From: Catajapyx aquilonaris
Taxonomy: Eukaryota
Assembly (NCBI GenBank): GCA_000934665.2
Contig: JYFJ02000264.1
Location: forward strand, 1-64,000
Direction of reading: 5' to 3'
DNA: 64,000 nucleotides
Below, one piece after another: positions 38,701-51,933 of the stretch. Position numbers and translations under genes: made by a program. The notes beneath the pieces were generated by a model. The model was not told the DNA's origin and searched no databases. It saw only the letters and a program-made list of their open reading frames with translations. Numbering within the stretch: the first letter of the stretch is position 1; every line of letters starts with the position of its first letter.

Positions 38701-41700
38701 GGAGGTGTTGAAAAGGGGCGAGCTGCATATTGACATTTTCAATTAGCGCCGAAAGTATAAGCTTGCAAAGAAATAGCCTTATCTTATATCTGGAGGGGGC
38801 GTATCGGACTTGGTTCTCAGGACATGTAATCATAATCCTTCAAGGCCTGTTCGCACGCGTTCAGCAAATCAACCTTGCCATACCACGCCATATACTTATG
38901 TGCTGTGATTTTGTTATTATTTTTTTTGGAGGGGGTGGGGGGATAAGCTCTAGTTATGCAAAATTGGGGAAGTGTTTAAAACCGTGCTTTCAACCTCATT
39001 TCCCTGGAGCCCGCCGGAAGAAAAGTGTGGAGGGTTACCTGTCTTACAAACCAGAAGAACTCATTTGGAGCCAGATTCCGCTAACAGAATCGGCCCAAAA
39101 TTGCACTTTTCCTCCGAAATCCGAGCTCGAGCGTCGGGTTGGGAATTGGGAGAAATCCAATCTCGACTCTTCCACCCTAAATTAAATTGCGAGGTGCACG
39201 AGTTGCTAAAAGTGGGACGTATGTCCCTCGAGAAATACAATTCTTTACAAATTCTCTCAGCCTTTAACACTTTGTATTACCTGAACCGGATGCTTATATG
39301 AATGTTATCGTCTTTCCTTATTATGTATTCAAATGAGCAGGAAATTGGCAATAATGTTGCATTAACAAGTTAGCTGTTGTAAGTGCTTATAGCCTTATAT
39401 AGACAGTGTCTGTACAGATGTAGTGTACAATCACGAGCAAAGAGATGTGTACGGACGATATTCTAGTTCTCTATGTAAACCGGTGATGTCGCCACTGTAC
39501 ACTTACGACCGCTGAACTTGGTTTATTCTTTTTGAACGTGATTTGTACAGTACGTATCAGCCAATATAGCTGCCGTGGAGAAAACACTTTTACGCTTATT
39601 TTACGTGTGCTGTGCGCGTTCTTTGTCACGTCGCTGCAAAACAACACACAGCAAAAAATTTATTACTGTAAGTTACACCTCCAAGTTGCATTTGCTATGT
39701 TAATAAAACCTAAATTTTATATCCGAATCGCTTAGCATTTGCAGGTGCGAAAAGTTTTCGTTCAGTACCAGCCCCGACGGAGAATTACGAGGCACAAGCC
39801 AAAGGTGAAATGAACCTTTAACTCGTTTGAACGCATGCCAATGACCAATGAAGAACTGCTGATTATAAACAAGATAAATTAGCAGCCGGATCGCGACTAG
39901 GAAGTTGAAACTAGTTCAATTTCAGGTAATGGTGTCCTTTTCATACTGACCCCGTATCATTACTTAATTTAAGTGTCGGATCCTAACAGATGACTTTCAG
40001 ACACTTCTTCTCTCCCCTCTTTTCCAATTTTGTTCCCCCCCTAGGAGCCATTCATTTGTTTCTGTGCAAGAGGTCCCAAAGTCCCTCCAATGACTGAGGG
40101 TCAGCGGCCAAAACCCTGCCAAACTCAATCAAACGTGCTTTTTTTTCACCTTCCTTCTTCTTTAGTTCCCTTCTTCTTCTTAGGTTCTCCAGTCTTGAAA
40201 TGGAAGTGCGGGGCTGTAAACATGGCGCTCCAGGCTGCCGTGTGTATAAAGGCATCTGTGCCTTGAATTATTCACCGCCCGGCTGGATGGGTTTCTTGCT
40301 TTTACCCCAGGACCCTTTAGGGGAGGTCCAACCCTGAGTTTTTCGAGTGCCTTTCTCCCCCGTCCCTGCACCCGCAGTCATAATTATAGTCAGGCCAACA
40401 ATGGGCTGGCTGTAATCGGCGGAAACATTAGTCCGAAGGATCTTTGGTTAGCTGTACCAGGAAAAGTGTGAAATTGGTGATGAATGAGGGTTTCCAAACG
40501 TGGTACGTGGCCGAAAACGTGAAACCTGACTCCACCCCCCCGAGTTACGCGCATGCGCATTAATATATTAATTGAATAAATTTATGCATATTTATACATA
40601 TTTATATAATAACAAATGAAATTAAATAAAAATATAATAAACAGGACAGATGACCACGGAATATTAAAATAAATTAAATATTATAAAATGTCTTCAGATG
40701 GATGTCACGTCTTTGGCATGATTGCCTCGTTTCCTGGGGCTGAAATATACGTGATGCTAGGGCAATGAAGCGTCCTTGTGGATCCGGGATCCCCGAAATG
40801 GAAGTTAGGGGACATACAGTTGAGTTAAGGGATCCGGAGGGGTCACACACGTGCTTCCATGTCGACCTTCCTTTTTCCCACTTTCACCTGACGCGCTTTG
40901 AGATACGCGTTATGAAAGAAGAAAAAAAAAGGATCCTACTTCCTTGCATCACAAATTTGCATTTCTTTGATCTTTTTCAAGGATAAGCGGAATTTATAAC
41001 GATTGTTACGGACATGCGAGTTTCATGGTAACTGGCCCATATCCTCGAGTTGTTGGGGGGATACTGGTTGATGCTCCAAGTTTGGCTAGTTTGTCCCCTG
41101 TTGTTGGTCTCAGGAGACAGGCCTCTCCCAACTTTTTTTTCAGTAGGCGGGGCCACTTGTTTCCCTCACTAAAAACCGGAGAATTCTTTTTTTCTCTCCC
41201 CTTGTTACTAGGGAGAGGAGGAAAAAAAACATTGGGCAGGATAGACTTGATAAATTGGGTAGGTTAGACTCCAGGGGGAAAAGGTTTCCAAAACAAGTCT
41301 GGTGGTACCTGCAGGCGGATCAAAATTTAGGCTCATTATTTCTCAAAATGTTGATTACAACGGTGAGACACGTCTGATATTAAGTTTCAGAGTGTCGTTA
41401 TCAGAGACATTGAATGCTGACCTTGCATATCTGAGAAGCATGTGACCTGGATAATTTTCCCCGCACCATTCGAGTGTGACTTGCTCCAATCTCTTCCGCG
41501 TATTACTGCATAATCTTATCGCCTGCAGTCTGGTATCCTGACATGTATCTCGTCCTCTCAAGGTAATAGTGACGTGTCGACCCGAAGGAAATCCTCATCC
41601 GAAGGCTGTTCGTTTAGGCCGCTTTTGCAGTGCGCGACATATACATTGCGTAGGCTGAAGTTCTGCTAAGTGAGTCAACCTTCCTTGCTGATAGGTTGTC

Positions 41701-44428
41701 ACTGTTTTGATGGCGTCACCTCGTCGCGAAAAAAAAAATATTGTACTGGGTCTGACACTTCGCACTTAGGGTGTTGACGTCGACATATCGAAAGTCGATA
41801 TCAGGTATGTTTAGGTAGAAGGACTTCTGATATAGGATGGGACAAATATAATGTTCGTTCTATATGCGGTCATGATGACGATTGCCAACAGTTTTGTGAA
41901 ATGACAGATATGTCGCAGGTTAGGAGAGCAGATGGTGACTTGAAAATGACGTCAATCTGCGCCTCAGTCGACATTGAATGTAAACATCCGTGGGAATAGC
42001 GCCAAGAAAATGTGCAGTGTTTTTCCTGCAGGTCCTACGTCGTAACTCGTAAATGTCACAAATTTCACCAGTGTCTTCCATCAGCATTTTCCCAGAATTA
42101 TTTTACTTCTGTACGACATAAATATACATAGAAATCATTCTTCAAGAGCAAAGAGAATGTATAATGAACAAGTTTCCGTTTAAATAATACGGTATTGGAT
42201 ACTAATTTTAGCAACAGTAGGTTGCATCAATATGTCTGCTGTAATTTGGCATTCAGTAAAAAATAGGGTTGGACCCGAATAGAAATTGATGACAATAGGT
42301 GTAGAGAGTGGATTTTACGCATATTAAAACTGACAATTTAGTACCCAAAAAAATCAATGTACAGCCTTACCTGAGAAAGAGGGTGTCGTAAAAATAAAGG
42401 AAGCCCATCAATCCCCTAAAACTGGCCAAAATTTACTGGTGGAGATGCTCGGATGCGATTGGACACGGTTCCAGGAGAGAGCCTATTCAACTGAAACTTC
42501 GGCTGTGGTAAAAAAAAGGAAGGGTGGGGGAAGGAGGGGGATTGAGAATAGTGCAGGTAAGATGAAAAAAACTACACGAGGAGGGGGAAAGATGCAAGTA
42601 ATATTTCCACCTGGGACGATTAGGAGGTAGTTTTAGTGACAGGTGGCAGCCTCGAGGTTCCAATAAGCCAGAAAAAAACGAAGAAAAAGTCTCTGAAGGG
42701 AATGGAATGGTGCTTTACACACCACATAGGCCCCCAATTTTTTATTTCTCTCCCTAACTTCCCAACCACCCTTCAACTAAAAAAAAGTTTAAAGGTACGG
42801 TTTTTCTGGCCCTGCCTTTTTATGGCCCCATGCCCAATTGCTCTTTCAGTGTAAGGGAAACGTCGTCCTGCATACAAAAAAGTGGTAATAGCCACCATCC
42901 AGAACATATCGATAGGTCTGCACTTAAAATTGTTCCCCCTACAAATTGAAGTCCTAAAAAAACCAAAAGTGAATTACTGTACCATCTGATATATTTTTGC
43001 ATCATACATGATTTTTGAAAAAGACAGATTGGGTTTCTGAACCTATACATGCCAGTAATACCGGTAGGTCCCATTTCAACTTTATTTCTGCACATCTGAG
43101 ACCAAAAAGGTAGTTGAGTAGATCCCCGTTGCATTCCACTCTATTTGTCTCTATTGAAGCAGACTGCATACTTTGAGCCCCCAATATTTGTAGCAATCGG
43201 ATAGGGATCCACGTTCCCGTTACGTTCTTTAGGCAGGAACCTGAAGACTCCCAATGGCTTCGTTTTCCGGAAGTGAAAAGAGAGGTCCCCTACCATCCCT
43301 TGCCTGCTCCGATGGCCCACGTGAAGCCCTGCTTTTCAGCATCTGAGTGGCAGCTGAATGGCCAACCGACCTAGCCAGGCAGCCAGGCCTAGTCCTTCTC
43401 CTCTTTCCAGTCTACTTTTTGGCCAACCAGTGCAGTAGGGGGATCTCTTTGGTCCAAGTGGATTTGGGCGTGAAGATGGAGGAGAGCAATGCTCCACGTG
43501 TATAGCCAAGCCAGAGCTACCGCTTTCTCAACACGGCCTTGGAAAACCCTAAATATCATCCTCAGATTCGTCTATCTCGTACCTATCTAACCCTGTACCT
43601 TCACACAAGACATGTATGCGGGCATTAGCAAGAACAGAAAGGAGGAGGATCAACTTACTTCAGTAGTAATGGAGGGGCATGAATGCTAGTTTGCTGTTAT
43701 CGTTAGTGTTTGTTGGTGCGCTCTCTGCTGGAGGTGGCTTTATTTTATTGGAGGACAATGTTAGCAAAGGAAGGAGGGAGTGGGAACCGAGCAAGTAGGT
43801 TTAGGAGAAGGGGGAGAGAGCAAGGGTGGGGGAGGGACGAGGGGGAATATTACGGTCAGTTGACCTCAAATATACGGTCAGTTCAAAGCCAGAGCAGAAA
43901 TAACAATAATATCAATAATAAACATCATGCACTGAGCTAATAAAAATTTGAAGGGAAACTTTGGTGGTCCTTCACTGAAAAAGAAATTGATCTGACTTAT
44001 TTATGTACACGTATTTTGAAAATATGGGTGGAAATGAGTTATTAAACCCTATGGATCATCTATTAATATCGCGATGAGAGCGTCTCTCCGACGGCAGACT
44101 GAAGTAGGCCTGTCTATCTGAAAGTTGATATAATGCAGAATCGGCGTTACAGGCGAACACCTCAGCATCATTCACAGTAATCTAAGTTGCGGCAGGACAA
44201 CAAGCTTACCATTAGTTGCCATAGTTACCGTACGCCTTCCTTGTGCTCACAGTTTACTGTAGCGCACTCTCAAGAGGGTCAAAGATGCGGATATTCACCC
44301 CTCAATTCCAGGAAACCCGACGGAAAGCACACATCACCTCTGTCTTTGTCTTCCGTTGAAACTGTGTGTCAACAGTCGTTCACAAAAGCATCCTGAAATG
44401 TGCAATAATGGTGTTCCCTGATATACAG

Positions 44429-44694
44429 CAGGGGCGTTGGCAGAGAAAATTTCGGAGGGGAGCCCATTTCATAAGCAATAGGTGAACAAACCGTGAAGGG
44501 CGGGGAGCAAGCACGCCGCAGGCGAGATGGGGGGGGTTCAAGGTCACACGAGCTAGGTGAATGTGGGAGATTTGAATGGGTGTGTGTGTATTTGATGAAA
44601 TTTGTAGCACTTTTTTCAAAAAATCATGAATTAGTAATTTCCAATGCTCTATTTCAAACATTTCGGGTGCCCCCCCCCCCTGCATACGCCACTG
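44429..44694. mobile_element. Non-autonomous DNA transposon (hAT-like MITE), 266 bp
   Basis: Terminal inverted repeats CAGGGGCGTTGGCAG (left) and CAGTGGCGTATGCAG (reverse complement of right end) match at 12/15, with subterminal G/C runs. Perfect flanking direct repeat TATACAG at 44422-44428 and 44695-44701. Confidence 0.75.
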
Positions 44695-47600
44695 TATACA
44701 GTAACGTCAGAGTCCACGACGACGAATAATTTCCTGATTAGTTTCTAAACGAATAAATAGTTGTACGGCTTTTCCCAATCAATTTTCCAAAATACGATTT
44801 TCAGAGTTCTTAAAGAAGCCAAAAAATTATTAGCTCCCAAGAAGTGTTGACAAGCTTGAAGAAAGTCATATTACAAATTTTCGCTAAATTTAGTCAGCCT
44901 TGATGGCGGTGGGGTGGTGTGTGGGTTTCGGTGGCAGAGTTGTAGAAGGGAGAAGCGGGGGTGGAGGCGATCTCCAAACACTTTCCAAAACAAACATCTG
45001 GTTACAGCTCTGCCCCTGTCATTCAGAGGCGTGATGGGATGAGGAGAAAATAAGTGGAGGAAAACTGGAGAGGGAAAGAGGGGACAGGGTGCGGTCTGAA
45101 AACTCATCGCCAAAGAAATCACTTTAATATCTTTCCAACCCGCCTTGAAAAAAACGTGGTCGATGCGACACCTCTGCAGTCCTGTGAAAAGATATCAGGC
45201 TTGTCCAATATATTACGAACCATTTGTTCTGAACTGAACGATTTCGCTACATACAGGTTTCACTGTAAAAGCACGTGAAGCTTCCGGGACACATGTGACA
45301 AAAGCCTGAATGCTCACTATATACGTAGCGAAGAAAAGAAGTCGGGAAACACGGGAGGTAAGCGATAGGAACATGTCGGGGTGGGATTACCCCGGTGTCC
45401 GCTGTGTGTGCTGAGAAATCCTTCCAAAGGATCAGCCAGACCTTATTTTACGGGCGGAAAAACAGGGCACAAAAGGAAGATCCTGCTCTTTTCAAAGGCG
45501 ATCTAAACAGGGAGGACATGGTGCACACGTGTATGTTTTTTCTGGGTCTGTAACAGCGTGACTGCATGTCACCCCATAGCCAAACAGCCAAGGTAATAAA
45601 TGAATCCCACACCGCATGATATTGAGCTACTATAGTCCAAAATTTAACTTGTATGTTGAGGTCCACGTACTGGGCATGTTTTGCAGGCAGGAACGAATGG
45701 TTGGTGAGAACAAACTCTGTTGGTATCGATTATCAGCTTCCTTCCCCTCGTCCCTTCCTCTCATTCCATGCCCTTTTTACCCCCTTGATTCTCATGTAAC
45801 GCCACTTGACTGCGTAGCCAACATCTGGCTACTTTTTCTGCACTAGTCATCAAATTAGGATTCAAGCTTAGGCTTGTCATCTTATTAAAAATAAAAATGT
45901 GGCCTACTTAGGTATACCCTTAGGCTAATAGCTAATAACCAACTGAGTGACAACAGATACAGTATCACTCTAAGGGTGGCCACATGGACTGAAGAGGTTG
46001 CAGAATTTTCAGGATAAACTGTAGATAAAAGCTTGTAGGTGTTTACACCAACACTTTCAAAAAAAAATAATGCTTGCACACTCAAGTAATTAACAATTTT
46101 TCAGCGAGTCAAATTATAATTTAGCAAATTGCACTTCTAGAGTGTATGCAGCAAAATGCCCCAAGTGGTGAGGTTAAACGGATTGCATTGCAGGACGTGT
46201 ATACGCGCATCAAATGCAAATGAGGGGCTAGTGGTAGCAAGGTCTATGACTTCCAGCACGCACACATATTCACATGTAACATACGCACATGACACGCAAG
46301 CGCACGCATCCCTACGGGTATTGATTCCGTGATATTTTCTCCCTCCCTCATTTCCAACCCCCTATTTTCTCAAGCTCCGGGAATAAAATATTACACTGTC
46401 CCGCACTTCAGTTCAACCCAAAGCTGTTACGGCTTGTGCCCCGGATTATTTCGGGCTTTTCCTTCTGGAACGAATTTGGGAGAAAAGTGATTTCCATATT
46501 TTATTGATTCTAAGGGAAAGTACTTTTGCTGAGGGAAAGTCATACACTTGTATATTTTTTGGCATTGTTAATACACTCTGGCTGTATGAGATCATGTTTT
46601 GTAAGCTCCCTAGTCATAAAGCAAATGAACTTAGACCAGTGCTGGACCACTCATTTCTTTCTTGCTCATTTGGCAATGTGGAGTATACAGCTGCGACGTT
46701 TATCTTTTAGGACATGGGATTATTTTTTCTGCCTCATAAGGGGAGAAAGACACATAAGAAGCTTTGTTTTCTTTGGATGGTTTTAGAACCCGGAAGGAGG
46801 ACTTATTTGTATTTTTTTGCGTGCCTCGTAATGTCTCCATACATGTGACAGATTTATAATGGCTTCGCTTGTTTGTTACAGTTTCATAAATTATGCATTT
46901 CGAAGTTGATATATTTTTTTGCTGTCAATATCACTCGCTAACAATATACGATTGCAGATGATACATCAATTCTTGACTGGAGGTTGCATGAAAATCATTT
47001 AAGGATCAGGTTTCAATATAAATTTTGGACATTATCATTATCGAATCACTAGTAAATGTCTAAACTGTTCAATCCTGATTGATATTATTTTAATTTCATT
47101 TTCGCACAGTATGAGAATTAGCATCTGGTTTTAATCCAACCTCTTGCGCCACCTAAAATTGCCACAAAAAAACTTTTACGGCATTATTTACAAGCGGACT
47201 AAAACTCACTCTGCCTACTGTATACTGTAGACCCACCGCTTTTACAACCTCGACCTGGAAAATGCCACTTTTTCACCAAAAAAAAAGCAATCCTCGCACT
47301 AGTGCCAGCTGCGAAGAGGTCCAAATTCTGAAAAATGCTCGAATTTGGAAAATTTCAGCCGACTTTACATTCACCTCCCCTTATCCTGGCCATTCACACG
47401 CTGCAGGAATTTTCAAGTAACACTCAGCCTTATTGGGTTTCGGATGAGTCATCAACTCGGTTCCAAGTGGGGAGGTTTTGTGATAGAATTTTCAATTAGA
47501 CTGGGGAACTACATGCGGCAACCTCGCTTCATTTGCATCTTGGCAATTTAACTGCAAATTGAAGTCAAACAACTGCTTCCTCACATATGGGAGGAGGTAA

Positions 47601-49975
47601 TCATTTTATTTCCGCTACTCTAACGTTTTGAAAGGCAGCCCAACACTCATGAGAGGAATAGCCTCACTTAAATGGTCAGAATTTGTAGTTACATTTTTAA
47701 ATGATTTTTGAAATATATTTTTTTGTTGTAGACAGGCGATGAACTGTCCAATCTCGACTTGATGTGATTTTTGCAAACTTGTCACTCGTCTGTAATGTAC
47801 AATTTAAACACTATCCTAGTACCACGCAATAAGGAAATTAATTAGTTTGCACGCTATCACTAAAGTCAATAGCAGCGACTATGATGGCAGTGCAAATTTT
47901 TTCCTGCGCAGGGTCTAACGGAGCCGATATCAAATTCGGGTGTTTAGGACCTTAATCGCGCGAGGGACCTATACCTTTGGTGATAAACAAAAAGGACCAG
48001 GGACGATTAAAACCGGGCTTTTGTTCCTAAATGACGGCCATCAAGTGTTATTGTCAGAGTGTTTTCCAGCCTGATGATCCAAAACGGCGCCGATTCCGGA
48101 TTTTACACCAAGGCCTTCAGGATACAAGAATGCCATAGACCGACATTTGGACGCCGAACTGTTGGATTCTTCTGCCCCTTTTAACAGTCCTAAAGAGGCT
48201 GTCTTTTACATTTTAACACTGGGAACTTAACCCATGTTTGCGCTTAAGCGACCAGGACGATTATCTATTTTTTCGTTGTTTTATTGGTAAAGGGGAGTTG
48301 CTGGGGATAATTATTTCCCGCGGAAGGTCCCCTCGACATTGGTTATTTGCCATCCTGGGGTCGTAAGAGAACGACGCTTCTGGGCGTTGCATGAGCGATC
48401 AAGTGTAGGCATTTAAGCTGCACGTGCCGAAAAATTACTGGGAACATCCTAGCGTTTTGTATTCATTGGAAGAACCGTGCAGCCTTGCACGTGATGAATT
48501 AAATATGACCGGTTTTTCTGCCATGTTAATTGTGTGAGACTGGGTTGCAAAACTGAGATTAAACAGAATATAAGATAGCATGGCAACAGGAGTCTTGCTA
48601 CCTAAAGTAGAAATGCCGGTTTACAGAGGGGCTATGCATCTCCCTTCTCCCTCTTCACCATCCCCTTATATAGGTCTACCTTGCCTTTAATTTTGTGGCT
48701 ATTTCATGACCTTTTATTCATATGGACTAATGAATGTTTCGTAACAATAAGTAACATAATACATTGATGAACAACGCTTGAATCATATTACTGAGGGTGA
48801 ACATTATTATAGACAAAGTGACTGCTTTCTAACTTGCACTTATACATATTTTTTTTGCAACAAGTGCTTGCTATGTCCCCACACCTTTCATTTATCGCTT
48901 TATTACACAATTAAGAAATGAATTCCAGAGACGCAATAAATTACTGAGAAGACAGGATGCCAAATACGACAAATTCTTATTTAATGCATTCTGGGGCTCG
49001 ACTTACCTGGCGTACATTGTGTAAAGCTTTTATGACACTGTCACTCAAATCATGGAGGATGAGACCTATGGGTTTATCTATAGCCAGAAGGAAATATCAT
49101 ACCTTACATCCACCGTAATAAGACGCACCTAAGTAGATTATTGGCAAGTTATTTTAGGAGCTAAAATTGCACGAAAAAACAACTTGATTAACTTCTGACA
49201 TTTTCCCTGTAGAAGCCTGCACTTCGATGGAAACTCACAAAATGGATATGAAACCAAAGGAGTGAGAATTGAGAATCAATACATCTATAGTCCTTACTTC
49301 TTTCCAGAGCAGATTCTTCTATAGAGTCGTGAGTATTAAGTTGCGTAACAATCCCACGTGCGCACGAGCTAAATCAATTTAGAAAATGACAAAACCGCCT
49401 CGTGGTCCGTCCGATTAAAAAAGTAAAACCAGTCCGGTTTCCTTTAGACTACACTCCCCTTTATTTCCTTTGAGCAGTGGTGAGGACATCACGATTCCAT
49501 TAGCCCAACCCCTTTTTCCACCATTTTTTTTAGCTTCTCCTCTTCTGCTCTTCCCCAGGTCTTCTTTAGTGCTCCTGACCCCAAGCTAACTAGTGGATTC
49601 ACGCCTCCCAGCAAAAGAGAGTCTAAGTTTATCTTCCAAAAGCTTCCAGGAAGAAAAGACCGGATCACGAATCGAATCAAGCTTCAGATTCAGGCTTAGG
49701 CCTACATGGCTCCTCATTAAAAGTAGCCAGCGGCTACCTGGTGAAGTTTCAGTCAGCAACTATTGTTTCTTTTATTCAGAGAGCAGCATGAGTGATTAAG
49801 ACACAGACATTTTTAAAGAAAAAGCTTCAGGGTATGAGAGAGTCAGTATTGGTTAATTACAGTATTGTTTCGAGATATTTTTAAATATATGTATACAATA
49901 GGCTGTATATGGCCTAATGGCACCTAATTAGTACATAACTCGCCCTGTGACAAAATATTGGGGATTTAAGGACTT

Positions 49976-50045
49976 TTTCATTTAGTTTCATTTCGTTTCG
50001 TTTCGTTTCGTTTCATTTCATTTCATTTCATTTCATTTCATTTCG
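49976..50045. repeat. Compound pentanucleotide microsatellite (TTTCA)n/(TTTCG)n
   Basis: About 14 TTTCR-type units seen directly. Confidence 0.95.
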
Positions 50046-50284
50046 TGACAACTGAGCTACCAGTCATCTGAATCCCAACGCATTTATTAACATACATGTG
50101 TTTTTAAAAAAATAAAGCAAAAATACACACGCTCCTAGTGAATCGATAGATCACGAAGCAAAATTGATATATGAGTCGAGTATCGTGAATTTGGCTAGAG
50201 ATCAACGCTCGAAGCGACGCCTTGCAATTGCTCAAGCGGGCAGAAATGAAAAAGGCCGGGCGTGAGGATTGTTACCTTTCAGAC

Positions 50285-50880
50285 ATGATCTGACCTGTGA
50301 CCATCCGTGACGTCACAAAGCTTCCGGGTGGGCGGTGGCGAGGGGGGAAAAAAAACTGGAGGAGGATCAACGTGAGCTACGGAAAAAGGTGGCCACATGA
50401 TAATTTGGCTCAAAGTGACGACCTGTTCCCAGCAACCAGCAAGCTGGCCAAAGTTACAGGGTGATAAAAAAAATGGCGAGTGGCTACCCTTGACTTCACT
50501 TAACACACGCTTTCTTCATCGCCAGTGGACAGCAGATCAAATCTCGCCGGTTATTAAAAGGTGCTAATGCACTAATAGAGGGCAAGATTACTTTTGATTT
50601 ACGGTTGGCAAACATGGCATCCAGGCTCGTTAAAAGACACACCTGGTCGGATATCGATGTTCATCTTTTGCTAATCTGTTGGTAATACCTGAGGCAAATG
50701 GCAGGTAGGTCCACCTTGATTAGCAATTTAACTCAATATAATAATTATAATAATATTAATAATAATAACAACGGTTAGATTCAAGTATACGGATGTTATT
50801 CAACCCTCCCAACAGTGCTGTAGGATTATATATGACGTCAGGAAGTCCGAAAACCTCGGAGGGAAGACTAACGTAAGTGA
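50285..50880 (+). promoter_or_regulatory. Candidate promoter / non-coding first exon of the kinase gene
   Basis: DR1 TGACCTgTGACCA 50291-50303, CRE TGACGTCA 50308-50315, ETS CTTCCGG 50321-50327, GC box 50330-50335, YY1-type AAAATGGCG 50470-50478, a second CRE 50833-50840 overlapping ETS CAGGAAGT 50839-50846, and a possible donor AAC|GTAAGT at 50872/50873. Confidence 0.45.
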
Positions 50881-51786
50881 GTTTGTAGTCCTCATCAGCC
50901 AGGTTTGAGTGCTCCGGGAAAAGCCATTATAAGAGACCTCGTTGACCGAGCTCGTTTTATGTTCAAACTACAAGGGAAGCTCGCGAATTCCATCTCCCCA
51001 AAATGGCCTCCGGGATTTGAGCACGTCTGGGCCATTCCCCCCACAACTTTTAGCCCGTTTTGCTGACTGTACAACATAAGGTGCGGCAAAATAATACACG
51101 AGCAGGGTATTCCGATAATGTGGAAACAAGTGGATGGAATCAGGAAGCATTTTAAGAACGAGGATTACGAGCAGTTAGGAGCGTCTGAGGGAATAAAAGG
51201 GTGTAATCGCCTTGGAAGATTTATCACCAAATTGAGATCCAGTCCGGCAGTGGCAAAAGTGAGACCTCCATTAAAGTCGTGTAGGTTGATTTGCGCCGTG
51301 AATCCACAAAATCAATGCAGTGTCGTGACAAGAGCTTTTCCTGCTCCGTATACCAGTGTCGTTGACTTCAACCTGACTCTCTTTACCTTTGATACTTTAT
51401 ATGCCACTTACACATTAATGTCCGCTGCTCCAATGAAGTCGGCTTAGTCGCATTCAATGTACTGTACATTAGTGCACAGTTTGTAGGAAGCTGTGAACCT
51501 CATACACTGGCAAGGAAAAGTAGAAATAAAATTGTTGCACAATTAATTGTTTCAAAATTGTCATTGGTTGTGGGCTCATTATATCACCAAAATGTGCAAT
51601 AAACATAATATGATCTAGTCAACAATGGAAAATGGTGGCCCAAATACGCTACCATGGTAGCAGGATAGTCGGTCCTTATCATGTCACCTGCGGCCTAAGT
51701 TCGGTCACTAGTTCGACCGAGTGGCCAAGGGACCGGCTTTATGTTTGTCGAAATTAGAGCACCGAATTTATCATACATTGGACACC

Positions 51787-51933
51787 ATGAAGGGAATTCT
51801 GCAACTGGGCTCGAGGAATGACATCAAAAATAAGGTGGTGAATGTCGGTCATTATCGGATGGAAGGAGTCGTCCTGGGCAGAGGAAACTTTGCAAGAGTC
51901 GAGTTAGCTACGCACACTCTTCTGAATCAAAAG
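51787..51933 (+). CDS. First coding exon (49 aa) of an AMPK-related/CAMKL Ser/Thr protein kinase (HUNK/SIK/MARK-like); partial gene
   Basis: Kozak ACCATG. MKGILQLGSRNDIKNKVVNVGHYRMEGVVLGRGNFARVELATHTLLNQK contains kinase subdomain I (LGxGxFAxV) with the CAMKL pattern VGxY....LGxGNFAxVxLAxH. Kinase similarity stops at AAG|GTCGGT (51933/51934), a phase-0 position just before the expected VA[IL]K. No later kinase exon was found before 64000. Confidence 0.85.

Noticed and set aside
40441..40458. miR-9-like TCTTTGGTTAGCTGTA (and miR-242-like TTGCGTAGGC near 41646)
   Set aside because: Only partial matches to the mature sequences, and no precursor hairpin is visible.
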